Of a stretch of 40,621 nt of DNA, positions 1 through 9,876 are shown piece by piece. Positions within the stretch are counted from its first letter, which is position 1. Each line of letters starts with the position of its first letter. The notes beneath the pieces are model-generated. The model saw only the letters and a list, made by a program, of their open reading frames with translations, did no database searches and was not told where the DNA came from. The position numbers were made by a program, and so were the translations under genes. Location of the stretch: positions 1 through 40,621 of the forward strand of contig JBFWJG010000017.1 of the NCBI GenBank assembly GCA_050253335.1, in the 5' to 3' direction. This stretch comes from Deferribacterales bacterium (lineage in GTDB: Bacteria; Chrysiogenota; Deferribacteres; Deferribacterales; Geovibrionaceae).

Positions 1-361
1 CAGGAGCAGGCTTAGGTTTCTCCGGTTCCTTTTTTTCAACCGGCAGAACCGCAGGTTTTTCCTCCGGTTCCTCATAGGGAAGCGGAGCGGGAATTTTATT
101 CTCCTCCGGCACGGCGCCAGGCGCTCTTTCCGAAACTTCCACGCTTCCGTTTTCACTGAGTCTGTAAGTAAGCTCGCCAGCTTCAGAAGGGTCTGTCATC
201 TCCTCCGGTTTTTCCGCAGGTTTCTGAGCGGTTGTTACTTTGGACGGTTCAGACACCTTCTCTGCCACATATACAAAGAAATACGCCGCAAATCCGAAAA
301 GCAGGAAGAACAGAAAAACCGACTGAATCTTCCTGCCGAAATTGTCCCTGTTGTCCGACAA
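1..361 (-). CDS. Partial (5' part) single-pass membrane protein with a Pro/Glu/Lys-rich linker, probably a SPOR-domain/FtsN-like cell division protein
   Basis: Hand translation from TTG at 361 gives MSDNRDNFGRKIQSVFLFFLLFGFAAYFFVYVAEKVSEPSK...EKPAVLPVEKKEPEKPKPAP, open to the window edge. It has one TM helix and a low-complexity linker, and lies directly after argS, a common position for SPOR proteins. The SPOR domain itself is outside the window. Confidence 0.6.
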   Translation of the reverse strand, partial: MSDNRDNFGRKIQSVFLFFLLFGFAAYFFVYVAEKVSEPSKVTTAQKPAEKPEEMTDPSEAGELTYRLSENGSVEVSERAPGAVPEENKIPAPLPYEEPEEKPAVLPVEKKEPEKPKPAP

Positions 362-362
362 G

Positions 363-2012
363 TTACATCCTTTCCGGCGCGCTCACTCCGAGGAGGTCAA
401 GACCGAAACGCACAGCGGCGGCAACGCCCGCGCAGAGGCTCAGTCTGGCTCCGGAGAGTTCAGGGCTTTCCGGGTTTATGATAACGTTATTGTAGTAGTA
501 GGAGTGGAACATTGAGGCCAGCTCCTGAAGATAGTATATCACCCTGTGGGGCTGTCTGTGGAAGGCGGCAGTCTCCACTATGCCTTTAAGCTCATAGAGC
601 TTTCTTATTATCTCTTTCTCTTCATCAAGCTCAAGAAGGTGAAGGTCAGCTCCCTTCTCCCATTTGAGCCCCTGCTCCGCAGCCTTGGAGTACAGCCCGT
701 AAACCCTTGCGTGGGCATACTGAACATAGTAAACAGGGTTGTCCGAGGTGCGCTTTTTGGCGAGGTCTATGTCGAAGTCGAACTGCGCCTCGAAGTCTCT
801 CATAAGGTAGAAGAACCTTGCCGCGTCAACGCCTATTTCGTCTATCAGCCATTTCAGCGTGATGAACTCGCCCGCACGGGTGGACATGGAGGCGCGTTCG
901 CCGTCCTTAATCAGGTTCACCATCTGGATCAGCGAAACATTGAAATCGAAATCCTCTATGCCGAGGGAGTAAACCGCCGAGGCAAGTCTTTTCACATAAC
1001 CGTGGTGGTCAGCGCCCCATACATCGATACTGGTTCTCACCCCTCTTCTGAATTTGTTGCGGTGGTAGGCTATGTCTGAGGCGAAGTAGGTATATTCGCC
1101 GTTTTGGCGCTTGACCACCCTGTCCTTATCGTCGCCGAATTTTGTGGAGGCAAACCAAACAGCCCCTTCACTGTCATAGACATGACCGAGAGTGCGGAGT
1201 TCAGCAAGGCATTCCTCAACTTCGCCGCTTGCGTACAGGGATTTTTCGCTGAACCATCTCTGGAATGTTACGCGGAACTCTTTCAGATCCGCCTCTATTC
1301 CGCTTCTTATATCCTCAAGGCCGTATTCAAAGGCGATGTTCTGCGCCTCCGCCTCATCCATGGAAAGAAGCTTGCCGCCGTGTATTTTATGGAGCTCTTT
1401 TGCTATGTCTGTTATATATTCGCCCTTGTAGCCGTCCTCGGGAAATTCAACATCCTGCCCGCATACCTGAAGGTAGCGCACATAAATGCTTTTGCCGAGG
1501 TTGCTCATCTGCTTTCCTGCGTCATTGACATAGTATTCGGTCATGACATCAAAGCCTGCGGCCTTGAGTATCCGCGCGAGGCTGTCGCCGTAGGCGGCGT
1601 TGCGGCCGTGGCCTATGTGAAGCGGCCCTGTGGGGTTCGCGCTTACAAACTCCACCATAGCCTTTCTGCCCCTGCCCATGTCAGACATGAAGGGGGCGTC
1701 AGAACTTATGCAGTCACGGAGAAGATCGGTGTAAAAGGTTTTTGATATAAAGAAATTTATAAAACCGGGGCGGACAGGCTCGCATTTTTCGATAAGAGAA
1801 TGCTTCATTCTTCCCGCTATGTCAGCGGCAATATCAAACGGATTTTTTCTTAAAGATTTTGAGAGCTTGAGGGCAGCGTTCGCCGCAAAATCACCGTGAT
1901 CCTTGTTGTTCGGCACTTCAACGGTGTATTCCGGCAGTTCGGCTTCAAGCCCGCTTTCCTTTAATATTTCCTCAACAGCTTTATCGATAAGGGATTTAAT
2001 GACAGCCTTCAA
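363..2012 (-). CDS. argS: Arginyl-tRNA synthetase
   Basis: VEFVSANPTGPLHIGH (HIGH motif), WGADHHGY, MSTRAG, NPVYYVQYAHAR, C-terminal APERM. TTG start with GGAGG upstream. Confidence 0.98.
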   Translation of the reverse strand: MKAVIKSLIDKAVEEILKESGLEAELPEYTVEVPNNKDHGDFAANAALKLSKSLRKNPFDIAADIAGRMKHSLIEKCEPVRPGFINFFISKTFYTDLLRDCISSDAPFMSDMGRGRKAMVEFVSANPTGPLHIGHGRNAAYGDSLARILKAAGFDVMTEYYVNDAGKQMSNLGKSIYVRYLQVCGQDVEFPEDGYKGEYITDIAKELHKIHGGKLLSMDEAEAQNIAFEYGLEDIRSGIEADLKEFRVTFQRWFSEKSLYASGEVEECLAELRTLGHVYDSEGAVWFASTKFGDDKDRVVKRQNGEYTYFASDIAYHRNKFRRGVRTSIDVWGADHHGYVKRLASAVYSLGIEDFDFNVSLIQMVNLIKDGERASMSTRAGEFITLKWLIDEIGVDAARFFYLMRDFEAQFDFDIDLAKKRTSDNPVYYVQYAHARVYGLYSKAAEQGLKWEKGADLHLLELDEEKEIIRKLYELKGIVETAAFHRQPHRVIYYLQELASMFHSYYYNNVIINPESPELSGARLSLCAGVAAAVRFGLDLLGVSAPERM

Positions 2013-2216
2013 ATTTCGTCCTCCGTGTTTTCCTTGAAAAGCAGATATTATCAGGTTGAAAAACCAAATTCAAGAGATGAATGGAACAGGCACCGCGGGT
2101 TATATAATTTAGAGGGTCAATCTAATGGACAATTTTTCCCGTTTACGGTAAATTGATTAGAAATTCACGCCGAATGGTGTAAGATATTATATAATATCAA
2201 TTAAAGGGGTTTTGCA

Positions 2217-3542
2217 GTGATTGAAGCGGAAAGCGGGCTGATCGACAAACTATCCATACTTTATGTCGAGGATGAGGATTCAATAAGGGAGCGGCTCTCC
2301 CGTTTCCTCCAGAGGCGCACTCAGACCCTTTATCAGGCTTCCAACGGCCGTGAGGGGCTTGAGATGTTCCTTGAACACAAGCCTGACATAATCATAACAG
2401 ACATCCGTATGCCTGTTATGGACGGTCTCAGCATGGCCGAACAGATCCGCGAACATAACAGGGACATACCCATAATCATCACCACCGGACATAACGACGA
2501 GGAATTCTTCCTCCGCTCCATAGACATAGGCATAGACAAATACATCAAGAAACCCATCAATTTCAAGGAATTCATACAGGTGCTGATACGCACGGCGAAA
2601 ACCGTTATTCAGCAGAAGGAGCTGGATTCCAAAAACCAGTTCATCAAAACCATACTGGATATCAACCCCCAAATGCTTCTCATCACGGACGGAGAGAAAA
2701 TATCCTACCTCAATAAGTCGTTCCTGAAGTTCATAAAGTGTGAGAGTATTGACCAGTTTCAGGATAAGTTCGGCTCGATCGACTACTTCCTGATCGAAAA
2801 AGATGACAGCTTCTACCGCAACAGACCTTTCAGCGAGTGGGTGAAAACAGTTATCGGCAACCCCGGGAAAGACCACATGCTGATAATGACAAACGACCTT
2901 CAGCACAAGGACCCCAACAACTCGGACAATTCCTCTTTCATCATCAGGGTCAATCAGGTTCCCGGGCATTCTGAGTGGCTTCTCAGCTTCAGCGATATAA
3001 CAAAGCTGGAACAGGAAAAGGAACTCTATATGGTTATGTCCAATCAGGACTACCTGACCGGCATCTTCAACAGAAAGAAATTCTACGATGAGCTGAACAA
3101 AGAGATAGACAGGGTTCACAGATACAGCCAGAAGCTCAGCGTTATAATGTTCGATGTGGATCACTTCAAAACAGTAAACGATACCCACGGACACCAGATA
3201 GGCGATGTGGTGCTTCAGCAGATCTCCTCCATAGTGCAGAAAGCAATCAGGAAGACTGATGTTTTAGCCCGTTACGGCGGAGAGGAGTTTGCGGTCCTCA
3301 TGCCCGGCACACCCCGTCAGGGCGCCTCGGACATTGCGGAACGGCTTCGCATTGAGATAGAAGACGCATCCTTCCCCCACTCGGGCAGAATAACATGCAG
3401 TTTCGGCGTTGCGGAGATTGACGAGCATGACAACGCGGACACCTTCATAAACAAAGCGGATGTCGCTCTCTATAAAGCCAAGGACAAAGGACGAAACAGG
3501 GTAGAGGTTTTCGACAGCGGCGGAATTATATGCAAAAAGTAA
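2217..3542 (+). CDS. Response-regulator diguanylate cyclase (REC - PAS-like - GGDEF)
   Basis: N-terminal receiver domain (ILYVEDE, IITDIRMP, KP). C-terminal DYLTG..N, DVDHFK.VND..GH..GD, RKTD I-site and RYGGEEF. Confidence 0.93.
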   Translation: MIEAESGLIDKLSILYVEDEDSIRERLSRFLQRRTQTLYQASNGREGLEMFLEHKPDIIITDIRMPVMDGLSMAEQIREHNRDIPIIITTGHNDEEFFLRSIDIGIDKYIKKPINFKEFIQVLIRTAKTVIQQKELDSKNQFIKTILDINPQMLLITDGEKISYLNKSFLKFIKCESIDQFQDKFGSIDYFLIEKDDSFYRNRPFSEWVKTVIGNPGKDHMLIMTNDLQHKDPNNSDNSSFIIRVNQVPGHSEWLLSFSDITKLEQEKELYMVMSNQDYLTGIFNRKKFYDELNKEIDRVHRYSQKLSVIMFDVDHFKTVNDTHGHQIGDVVLQQISSIVQKAIRKTDVLARYGGEEFAVLMPGTPRQGASDIAERLRIEIEDASFPHSGRITCSFGVAEIDEHDNADTFINKADVALYKAKDKGRNRVEVFDSGGIICKK

Positions 3543-3653
3543 ACAGGCCCAATATTTTTTCTGAGATTAACATTTGATATTGTTGTTTTTTGCATGTACC
3601 ATTCATCTCATAGGCGTGCGCCGCGGCGCCCGTAATTTCAGCAGATTTCCGGT

Positions 3654-4358
3654 ATGATAAAGCTATACAATGTTAACGTATCTTTTTTTGGCGAAAAAAA
3701 GGCTCTGGACGGCATAAACCTTAAAGTTGCCCCCGGCGAATTCCTCTATATCACCGGCGAGAGCGGAGCGGGAAAATCCACACTGCTCAGGCTTGTTTAC
3801 GCCGATCTCAACCCCACCAGAGGCATAGTCATGGTGGACGGTCAGAATGTCAGCAATATGACCCACAAAACAATCCCGTATCTCCGCCGGAGCATAGGAG
3901 TCGTTTTTCAGGACTTTAAGCTTCTGGAGGAGAAGAGCGTTTTCGATAATCTCCGCATGGCTCTTGAAATCTATTATCTCAAACCAAAACAGATGGAGGA
4001 AAAAATATTCCCCCTCCTGCGTAAGCTGGGAATCTTCGTTAAGCGCGACACAATCGTGAAAAAACTCTCCGGCGGCGAAAAACAGCGTGTGGCCATAGCC
4101 CGCGCGCTGATAAACGAACCTAAGGTGATTCTGGCCGATGAACCCACGGGCAACCTTGATAACGACAATGCGGACACGATAATGCGTCTTCTCATAGAAA
4201 ACAGGGACAAAGGCTCCACCGTAATTGTTGCCACCCATGACCAGAGGCTGATGGAACACTTTCCCGCGCGGATGGTGGAACTGAAATACGGCAAAATCAA
4301 GTCCGACAGCGCCACAGGCTTCTCCGCTCCGGACAAGGAGGAAAACGATGAAGATTAG
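3654..4358 (+). CDS. ftsE: Cell division ABC ATPase FtsE
   Basis: Walker A GESGAGKS, LRRSIGVVFQDFKLL, LSGGEKQR, ADEPTGNLD. Upstream of an FtsX-like gene. Confidence 0.93.
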   Translation: MIKLYNVNVSFFGEKKALDGINLKVAPGEFLYITGESGAGKSTLLRLVYADLNPTRGIVMVDGQNVSNMTHKTIPYLRRSIGVVFQDFKLLEEKSVFDNLRMALEIYYLKPKQMEEKIFPLLRKLGIFVKRDTIVKKLSGGEKQRVAIARALINEPKVILADEPTGNLDNDNADTIMRLLIENRDKGSTVIVATHDQRLMEHFPARMVELKYGKIKSDSATGFSAPDKEENDED

Positions 4359-5241
4359 CGTTGTCCTCCGCAACGGACTCAGGCTTTTCAGGGAAACGCT
4401 TTCGCTGAACCTTGCCTCCGTGGTGACCGTAATCACCGTTCTGTTCATATACAGCATGTTTGTCATAATAGGCAGCTCCTCCGACTCTTTTCTCAGGGAG
4501 ATAACCAAGACGGACTCCATGAGGGTTTATGTGAAATCATCCTCAAAAAGCTCCGTGGATGACCTGATAAGACAGATTCAGGAGATTGAGGGCGTCAGAA
4601 GCATCTCCTATTACTCTCAGGAGGACGCCTACAGCTATCTGAAAGATTCCGCTGTGAACATCAATTATCTGGACAAGATACCCGCCGAGCTTTTTCCGGC
4701 CTTCATAGAAATAGCGATCAAGGACGACTTTCAGGATGTCAGCAGGCTGAGGGAGATGGAACGCAGGGTGATGACCCTTGCCAATGTGGATGTGGCAAGC
4801 TACGGCGAAAAATGGATTCAGAACTTCAGCGACATCCGCTCCGCAGTCAGAATTTTCCTTGTGGTGCTTACTGTTCTCCTCACCGCCTCAGTGGGAATAA
4901 TCATCTTCAACACCATACGCCTCAGTCTTTTCCGCTACAGGGAGGACATCAAAATATACAACCTTGTCGGCGCTACGAGGACATTCATCGAGATCCCTTA
5001 TATTATCTGCTCCTTCGTGGAAATAACCATAGCCTATTTCATATCATCCGCTTTCGTTTATCTGTTCATGCTGTTTATGAATGTCAGGCTTCTTGCTCCC
5101 GTGGGGCTGAACTTCATAGTGCTTCCCGATGTGTTCTATTTCCTTAAAACATATATTTATCTTGTAGTTATAAGCGCCATTGCCAGCATGATAAGCGTGG
5201 CCTCCTTCCTGAACAAGGTGAAAAGCATAAATGAATCTTAA
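4348..5241 (+). CDS. ftsX: Cell division permease FtsX
   Basis: N-terminal TM, extracytoplasmic loop, then three TMs with IFNTIRL...REDIKIYNLVGAT..FI..P. Overlaps ftsE. Confidence 0.88.
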   Translation: MKISVVLRNGLRLFRETLSLNLASVVTVITVLFIYSMFVIIGSSSDSFLREITKTDSMRVYVKSSSKSSVDDLIRQIQEIEGVRSISYYSQEDAYSYLKDSAVNINYLDKIPAELFPAFIEIAIKDDFQDVSRLREMERRVMTLANVDVASYGEKWIQNFSDIRSAVRIFLVVLTVLLTASVGIIIFNTIRLSLFRYREDIKIYNLVGATRTFIEIPYIICSFVEITIAYFISSAFVYLFMLFMNVRLLAPVGLNFIVLPDVFYFLKTYIYLVVISAIASMISVASFLNKVKSINES

Positions 5242-6412
5242 AACTGCCGCCGCTGCTGTTATGCTTCTTTTTGCGGCATACGCTTCCGCGGACTACTATG
5301 AAGACAGGCTCAAGGAAACCAAAGGCTACCTCTCCGACATAAAAAAACGGCTGGATGAGGAACGCAGGCAGATAGACAAAATCGAAAACACTAAAAAAAC
5401 CGTTGCGCTCAAGGTTGATAACCTGAATGAAACCCTTGACGTGCAGAGCAGAATGATTGCGGAACTGAGCAATGAGTCGGATAAGCTCAGAAAAGATATT
5501 CAGGCTCTGGACAAAGAAACAGGCCGTCTGAACAGCGAAATAGCGAAGATTAAAGACTCCGTGGAAACCAGCAACATATATCTTATTGACAATATAGAAT
5601 TTGTTAACATCAAACTTCTGCTCTTCACTAAAGAATCAAGGGACACAATAAAAAACATGGAGATAGTGGAAAACATAAACACTATCCTGATGAAAAAGGC
5701 GGATGAGATATCCGTGAAATCCGCCCGCCTTGAAGCCGTAAAGAACGAGAAGGAAACAAAATCACGGGACATTGAGCATCTTCTGCGCATGAAACAGCGT
5801 CTGGTGAATGAATACAGCGTGGAAAAAACAAAACTTAACCAGCTTGTGGCTGTCATGGAACAGGATAAAGAGAGCAAGCGGGAATACATAAAAATCCTCG
5901 GCAGAAAACAGAAGGACTTTGAGAAAAAAATGGACAGAATCCGTGTTCAGCTTGAGGAAAACCGTAAAAAAGAAAAAGCCGATGAAGGGGACGCAACTCT
6001 TTTCGGAAGGCTTAAAGGAAAGATGGACTGGCCTCTGGAAGGGGAAATAGTTGAATTCTTCGGACCCAAAAAGGTTGAGGGTTTTCAGGGGACAATCCAG
6101 AACAAGGGAATAAAAGTCAGCCCTTCAAAACACGGAGACGTGCGGGCTGTATTCGAGGGAACGGTAAAATATGTGGATAACATAAGAGGGTTCGGAAATC
6201 TGGTTATAATCGGCCACCCCGGAGCCTACTACACCCTGTACGCCAACATGAGCAGGGTCAGCGTGCAGACAGGGGGAAATGTGGCCTCCGGGCAGGCGAT
6301 AGGCGCCGTAAGTGTTGACCGGCAGGCCGAAACACCCTATCTTTACTTTGAAATACGAAAACATAATGAAGCCCTTAATCCTGCTGAGTGGCTTAAACCC
6401 GTTAGGAGATAA
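5231..6412 (+). CDS. envC: Murein hydrolase activator EnvC-like (coiled coil plus degenerate M23/LytM domain)
   Basis: Signal peptide, long coiled coil, KGKMDWPLEG, GFGNLVIIGH, LYFEIR...NP.EWL. The M23 metal ligands are replaced (NKGIK, YLY), as in EnvC. Follows ftsEX. Confidence 0.85.
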   Translation: MNLKTAAAAVMLLFAAYASADYYEDRLKETKGYLSDIKKRLDEERRQIDKIENTKKTVALKVDNLNETLDVQSRMIAELSNESDKLRKDIQALDKETGRLNSEIAKIKDSVETSNIYLIDNIEFVNIKLLLFTKESRDTIKNMEIVENINTILMKKADEISVKSARLEAVKNEKETKSRDIEHLLRMKQRLVNEYSVEKTKLNQLVAVMEQDKESKREYIKILGRKQKDFEKKMDRIRVQLEENRKKEKADEGDATLFGRLKGKMDWPLEGEIVEFFGPKKVEGFQGTIQNKGIKVSPSKHGDVRAVFEGTVKYVDNIRGFGNLVIIGHPGAYYTLYANMSRVSVQTGGNVASGQAIGAVSVDRQAETPYLYFEIRKHNEALNPAEWLKPVRR

Positions 6413-6415
6413 ATA

Positions 6416-7654
6416 ATGAATTTCAGGAAAAAACTTCTGCCCTTCCTCGCAGCGTCGGCTCTTCTGGTTTTTCTGGCAGCTTCGGGAATATTCATCAAAG
6501 ATACAGGCACAGCTTCCGCAAAATCCAGCAGATACGAGAATCTGGATTCCTTTACTGAAGTTATGTATCTGATAGAGAAAAACTATGTTGAACCGGTTGA
6601 AAACAAAACCCTTGTGGACGGAGCCATAAAAGGCATGCTTCAGGGTCTTGACCCCCACTCAACCTACTTCACTGAAAAAGAGTACAAGGACTTTCAGGTG
6701 GAAACCAAGGGCGAGTTCGGCGGACTGGGCATAACCATAGGTATGAGAGACAATATCCTCACCGTTATCGCACCCATTGAAGACACCCCCGCTTTCAGGG
6801 CAGGGCTCAAAGCCGGAGATAAGATAATCAAAATAGAAGACAACGCCACAACCGGAATGTCCCTTGAGGATGCGGTAAACAAGCTCAGGGGCAACCCCGG
6901 AACAAACATCACAGTCACCATCCACAGAGACAGCAATCCCAAACCTTTTGACGTAACCCTCACAAGGGCGGTAATCAAGGTGAAGGCGGTTAAGTCGGAT
7001 ATGATAGGCAAAGATGTTGCCTACATAAGGGTTACTCAGTTTAAAGAGGATGTGTCCGGTGAAATCAAAACCGCAATAGAACAGCTCAGGAAAAACAAAT
7101 ACAAAGGCATAATAATCGACCTGCGCAACAACCCCGGAGGACTGCTGACTGAGGCTATCAATGTTTCAAGCATCTTCCTCCCCTCCGGCAAGGAAGTTGT
7201 CTACACCAAGGACAGAACAGGCAGAGACCAGCACTTCAAATCCTCCGCGTTCACACTGAGGGAGGAGAAAACCCCTCTTGTGCTTCTGGTTAACGAGGGC
7301 TCGGCATCAGCTTCCGAAATCCTCGCCGGAGCCATTCAGGACTATAAAAGAGGCGTTCTTGTCGGCAAAAAAACCTACGGAAAAGCATCCGTACAGTCGA
7401 TAATACCTCTCAGGGACGGCTCCGCCGTCAAGCTCACCACGGCGAAATACTTCACGCCCAAGGGCAGGATGATCCACGACAAAGGCATCGACCCCGACCT
7501 TGTTATTGAAGAGCTCGCCGACAATGTTACTCTCACCCAGGAGGAGATCGACAAACTGGCCGCCGACATAAGCAAGCCAGTAATAGACCTCCAGAGAGAC
7601 GAACAGCTTAAAGCCGCTGTGGAAAAACTGAGGGAAATGATCAAAAATGGCTGA
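6416..7654 (+). CDS. ctpA: Carboxyl-terminal processing protease (S41 family with PDZ domain)
   Basis: LDPHS, GEFGGLGI PDZ segment, IDLRNNPGGLL, NEGSASASEI, TYGKASVQ. Confidence 0.95.
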   Translation: MNFRKKLLPFLAASALLVFLAASGIFIKDTGTASAKSSRYENLDSFTEVMYLIEKNYVEPVENKTLVDGAIKGMLQGLDPHSTYFTEKEYKDFQVETKGEFGGLGITIGMRDNILTVIAPIEDTPAFRAGLKAGDKIIKIEDNATTGMSLEDAVNKLRGNPGTNITVTIHRDSNPKPFDVTLTRAVIKVKAVKSDMIGKDVAYIRVTQFKEDVSGEIKTAIEQLRKNKYKGIIIDLRNNPGGLLTEAINVSSIFLPSGKEVVYTKDRTGRDQHFKSSAFTLREEKTPLVLLVNEGSASASEILAGAIQDYKRGVLVGKKTYGKASVQSIIPLRDGSAVKLTTAKYFTPKGRMIHDKGIDPDLVIEELADNVTLTQEEIDKLAADISKPVIDLQRDEQLKAAVEKLREMIKNG

Positions 7655-8873
7655 AAGGAAAAAACCGGCACGGACGCCGAGAAAACGCAGACCAGCAGGG
7701 GCGGCTAAAACCGCCTCTTCAAAACAGCTATACATACTGGGCGGCATCCTTGCCGCCGTTTTAGTGCTTCTTCTGGGAATTTTTCTGGGCATGAAAGCCG
7801 CAGGAAAAGCCGGAACCGCAGACAAAAAAGAGGTTAAAACGCCCCTCTCCTCCGTTCAGGAAGAAGTTGTCACGAAAGACAATAAATCCGCCACGACCGA
7901 AGAGGCAGACAAGGCGATCAAGCTTGCTATGTTCAATCTCGGCATAGACAGCGAAGCCATAAAGTCACGCAAAATGGATGACGGCAGCATCCCCGTTATA
8001 ACATATGTAATCAGCCTGCCGGAGGACAAAAAGGAAGAGCTCACCGGAGAGCTCCAGCCTATGCTTGAGGATATGGGGTTTAAAACCACCCTCAGCGACA
8101 ATCTCAGCGCCTCAAACGAAAACGGCAGCATCATCCTGATCTTCCCTGCCGAAAAAACGGAAAAGCCCAAGGATAAAGAGAAGCCCGTGGTTCTCCCTCC
8201 TAACGCTCCTAAAATGGCGGTCATCATTGACGACTGCGGCTACAGCATTCCCCTCGCGAAAAGGCTCGCCGCTATTAAATATCCGGTAACTTTCGCCATA
8301 CTACCCTACCTGCCCCACGATTCCGAAACTGCTGAAATAGCGAGAAAAGCGGGGAAAACAGTTTTCCTGCATTTCCCTATGGAGCCCCTTTCATACCCCG
8401 ACACAGATCCGGGCAAGGGCGCCGCCCTGCTTAATATGCCTCCCAGCATAATAGAGGCTCAGGCAGACAACAACGTTAAGCAGATAGGCTGGATTGACGG
8501 ATTCAACAACCACATGGGATCCGCCTTCACGGAAAGCGAAACCAAGATGGAGCAGGTCTTGGGCTTCATGAAAAAACACACTGACACATTCATAGACAGC
8601 TACACCACTGGCAAGTCCGCCGCCTATGACGTATGTCTTAAACAGGGTATGCTCTGCGGTCAGAACAGAAAATTCATTGACAACGAAAACAACGAAACAT
8701 ATATCAGAAAAAAAATCATGGAAGGCGTTGAACTGGCCAAAAAGAACGGCAGCCTGATCATGATCGGCCACCTGAAAGATGAAACAGTGAGCACCCTTGA
8801 AAAACATCTGGCAGATGTGGAAAAAGCCGGAGTGCGCATTGTCTCCGTCAAGGAACTGGTACACAGAAAATAA
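7647..8873 (+). CDS. Divergent polysaccharide deacetylase family protein (YibQ-like)
   Basis: N-terminal TM anchor; AVIIDDCG, LHFPMEP, GFNNHMGS, FIDS, IGH motifs. Typical position after envC-ctpA. Confidence 0.9.
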   Translation: MAERKKPARTPRKRRPAGAAKTASSKQLYILGGILAAVLVLLLGIFLGMKAAGKAGTADKKEVKTPLSSVQEEVVTKDNKSATTEEADKAIKLAMFNLGIDSEAIKSRKMDDGSIPVITYVISLPEDKKEELTGELQPMLEDMGFKTTLSDNLSASNENGSIILIFPAEKTEKPKDKEKPVVLPPNAPKMAVIIDDCGYSIPLAKRLAAIKYPVTFAILPYLPHDSETAEIARKAGKTVFLHFPMEPLSYPDTDPGKGAALLNMPPSIIEAQADNNVKQIGWIDGFNNHMGSAFTESETKMEQVLGFMKKHTDTFIDSYTTGKSAAYDVCLKQGMLCGQNRKFIDNENNETYIRKKIMEGVELAKKNGSLIMIGHLKDETVSTLEKHLADVEKAGVRIVSVKELVHRK

Positions 8874-8892
8874 TTTTTAAAAGGAACCCTTT

Positions 8893-9876
8893 TTGCTTTT
8901 TTTAGGTATAGAGACTTCTTGCGATGAAACCTCAATGGCGGTGTACGACACCGCCCGCGGGATTCTTGCGACCCACACAGCCTCCCAGGCGGATATCCAC
9001 AACCTCTTCGGCGGGGTGGTTCCGGAAGTTGCCTCCAGAAACCACATCCTGAAGCTCGAACCGCTTTACATAAAATGTATGGCGGATGCAGCTGTCACGC
9101 CCGCTGATCTTGATGTTATCGGCGTTACCAACGCCCCGGGGCTTATCGGCGCGCTTTTTGTGGGTGTGGGATTTGCGAAGGGGCTGGGCTACGGGCTCAG
9201 GATCCCAGTAATGCCCGTGAACCACCTCTCGGCGCATATCCTTGCCGCAGAGCTTGAGCACAGGGAGCTTAAACCCCCTTACCTCGCTTTAATCATCAGC
9301 GGCGGTCACACGCATATCTACGATGTGGACGCGGCGCTGAACTTCCGCCTCGTGGCAAAAACAGTGGATGATGCTGCGGGTGAAAGTTTTGATAAAGTGG
9401 CAAAAATGCTTAACCTCGGCTATCCGGGCGGACCCGCCATCGAAAAACTGGCGAAATCCGGCAGAGGGGACGCTGTTCCTCTTCCGATCGCAATGAAAAA
9501 AGATGACAATTTCAGTTTCTCCGGCCTGAAAACCGCCGTGCTGAACAGCCTCAACAAAGGCATATACACAGGAGAAGACCTCGCCGCCTCATTCCAGAAG
9601 ACAGCGGCGGATACACTTGTTCTTAAAACCATGCGCATAGCCCGCAGGCTGAAAAGAGAGAATGTCGTCGTTTCCGGCGGCGTCGCCTGCAACGGCTACA
9701 TAAGGGAAGCCTTCAGAAACTCCTGCAAAAAGGGGGAAAATGTGTACTTCCCCTCGTTCCGCCTCTGCACCGACAACGGCGATATGATAGCCTACGCCGC
9801 CAGCAGATTTTACAACAGGCGCAGATTTTTCTCTCTGGAAGGAACAGCTTATGACACTCAGCCCGAAATCGGATAA
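8893..9876 (+). CDS. tsaD: tRNA N6-adenosine threonylcarbamoyltransferase TsaD
   Basis: LGIETSCDET, GGVVPEVASR.H, NHLSAH, SGGHT, DDAAGESFDK, FSFSGLKT, CTDNG.MIA. Confidence 0.97.
   Translation: MLFLGIETSCDETSMAVYDTARGILATHTASQADIHNLFGGVVPEVASRNHILKLEPLYIKCMADAAVTPADLDVIGVTNAPGLIGALFVGVGFAKGLGYGLRIPVMPVNHLSAHILAAELEHRELKPPYLALIISGGHTHIYDVDAALNFRLVAKTVDDAAGESFDKVAKMLNLGYPGGPAIEKLAKSGRGDAVPLPIAMKKDDNFSFSGLKTAVLNSLNKGIYTGEDLAASFQKTAADTLVLKTMRIARRLKRENVVVSGGVACNGYIREAFRNSCKKGENVYFPSFRLCTDNGDMIAYAASRFYNRRRFFSLEGTAYDTQPEIG

Noticed and set aside
2280..3194. Long antisense ORFs (also 3663-4520, 13915-14619, 16764-17486, 36404-37186)
   Set aside because: They are reverse-strand shadows of well-supported genes, with no independent evidence.
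5231..6412. Pseudogenised M23 peptidase
   Set aside because: Loss of the zinc ligands is normal for EnvC-type amidase activators, and the ORF is intact.
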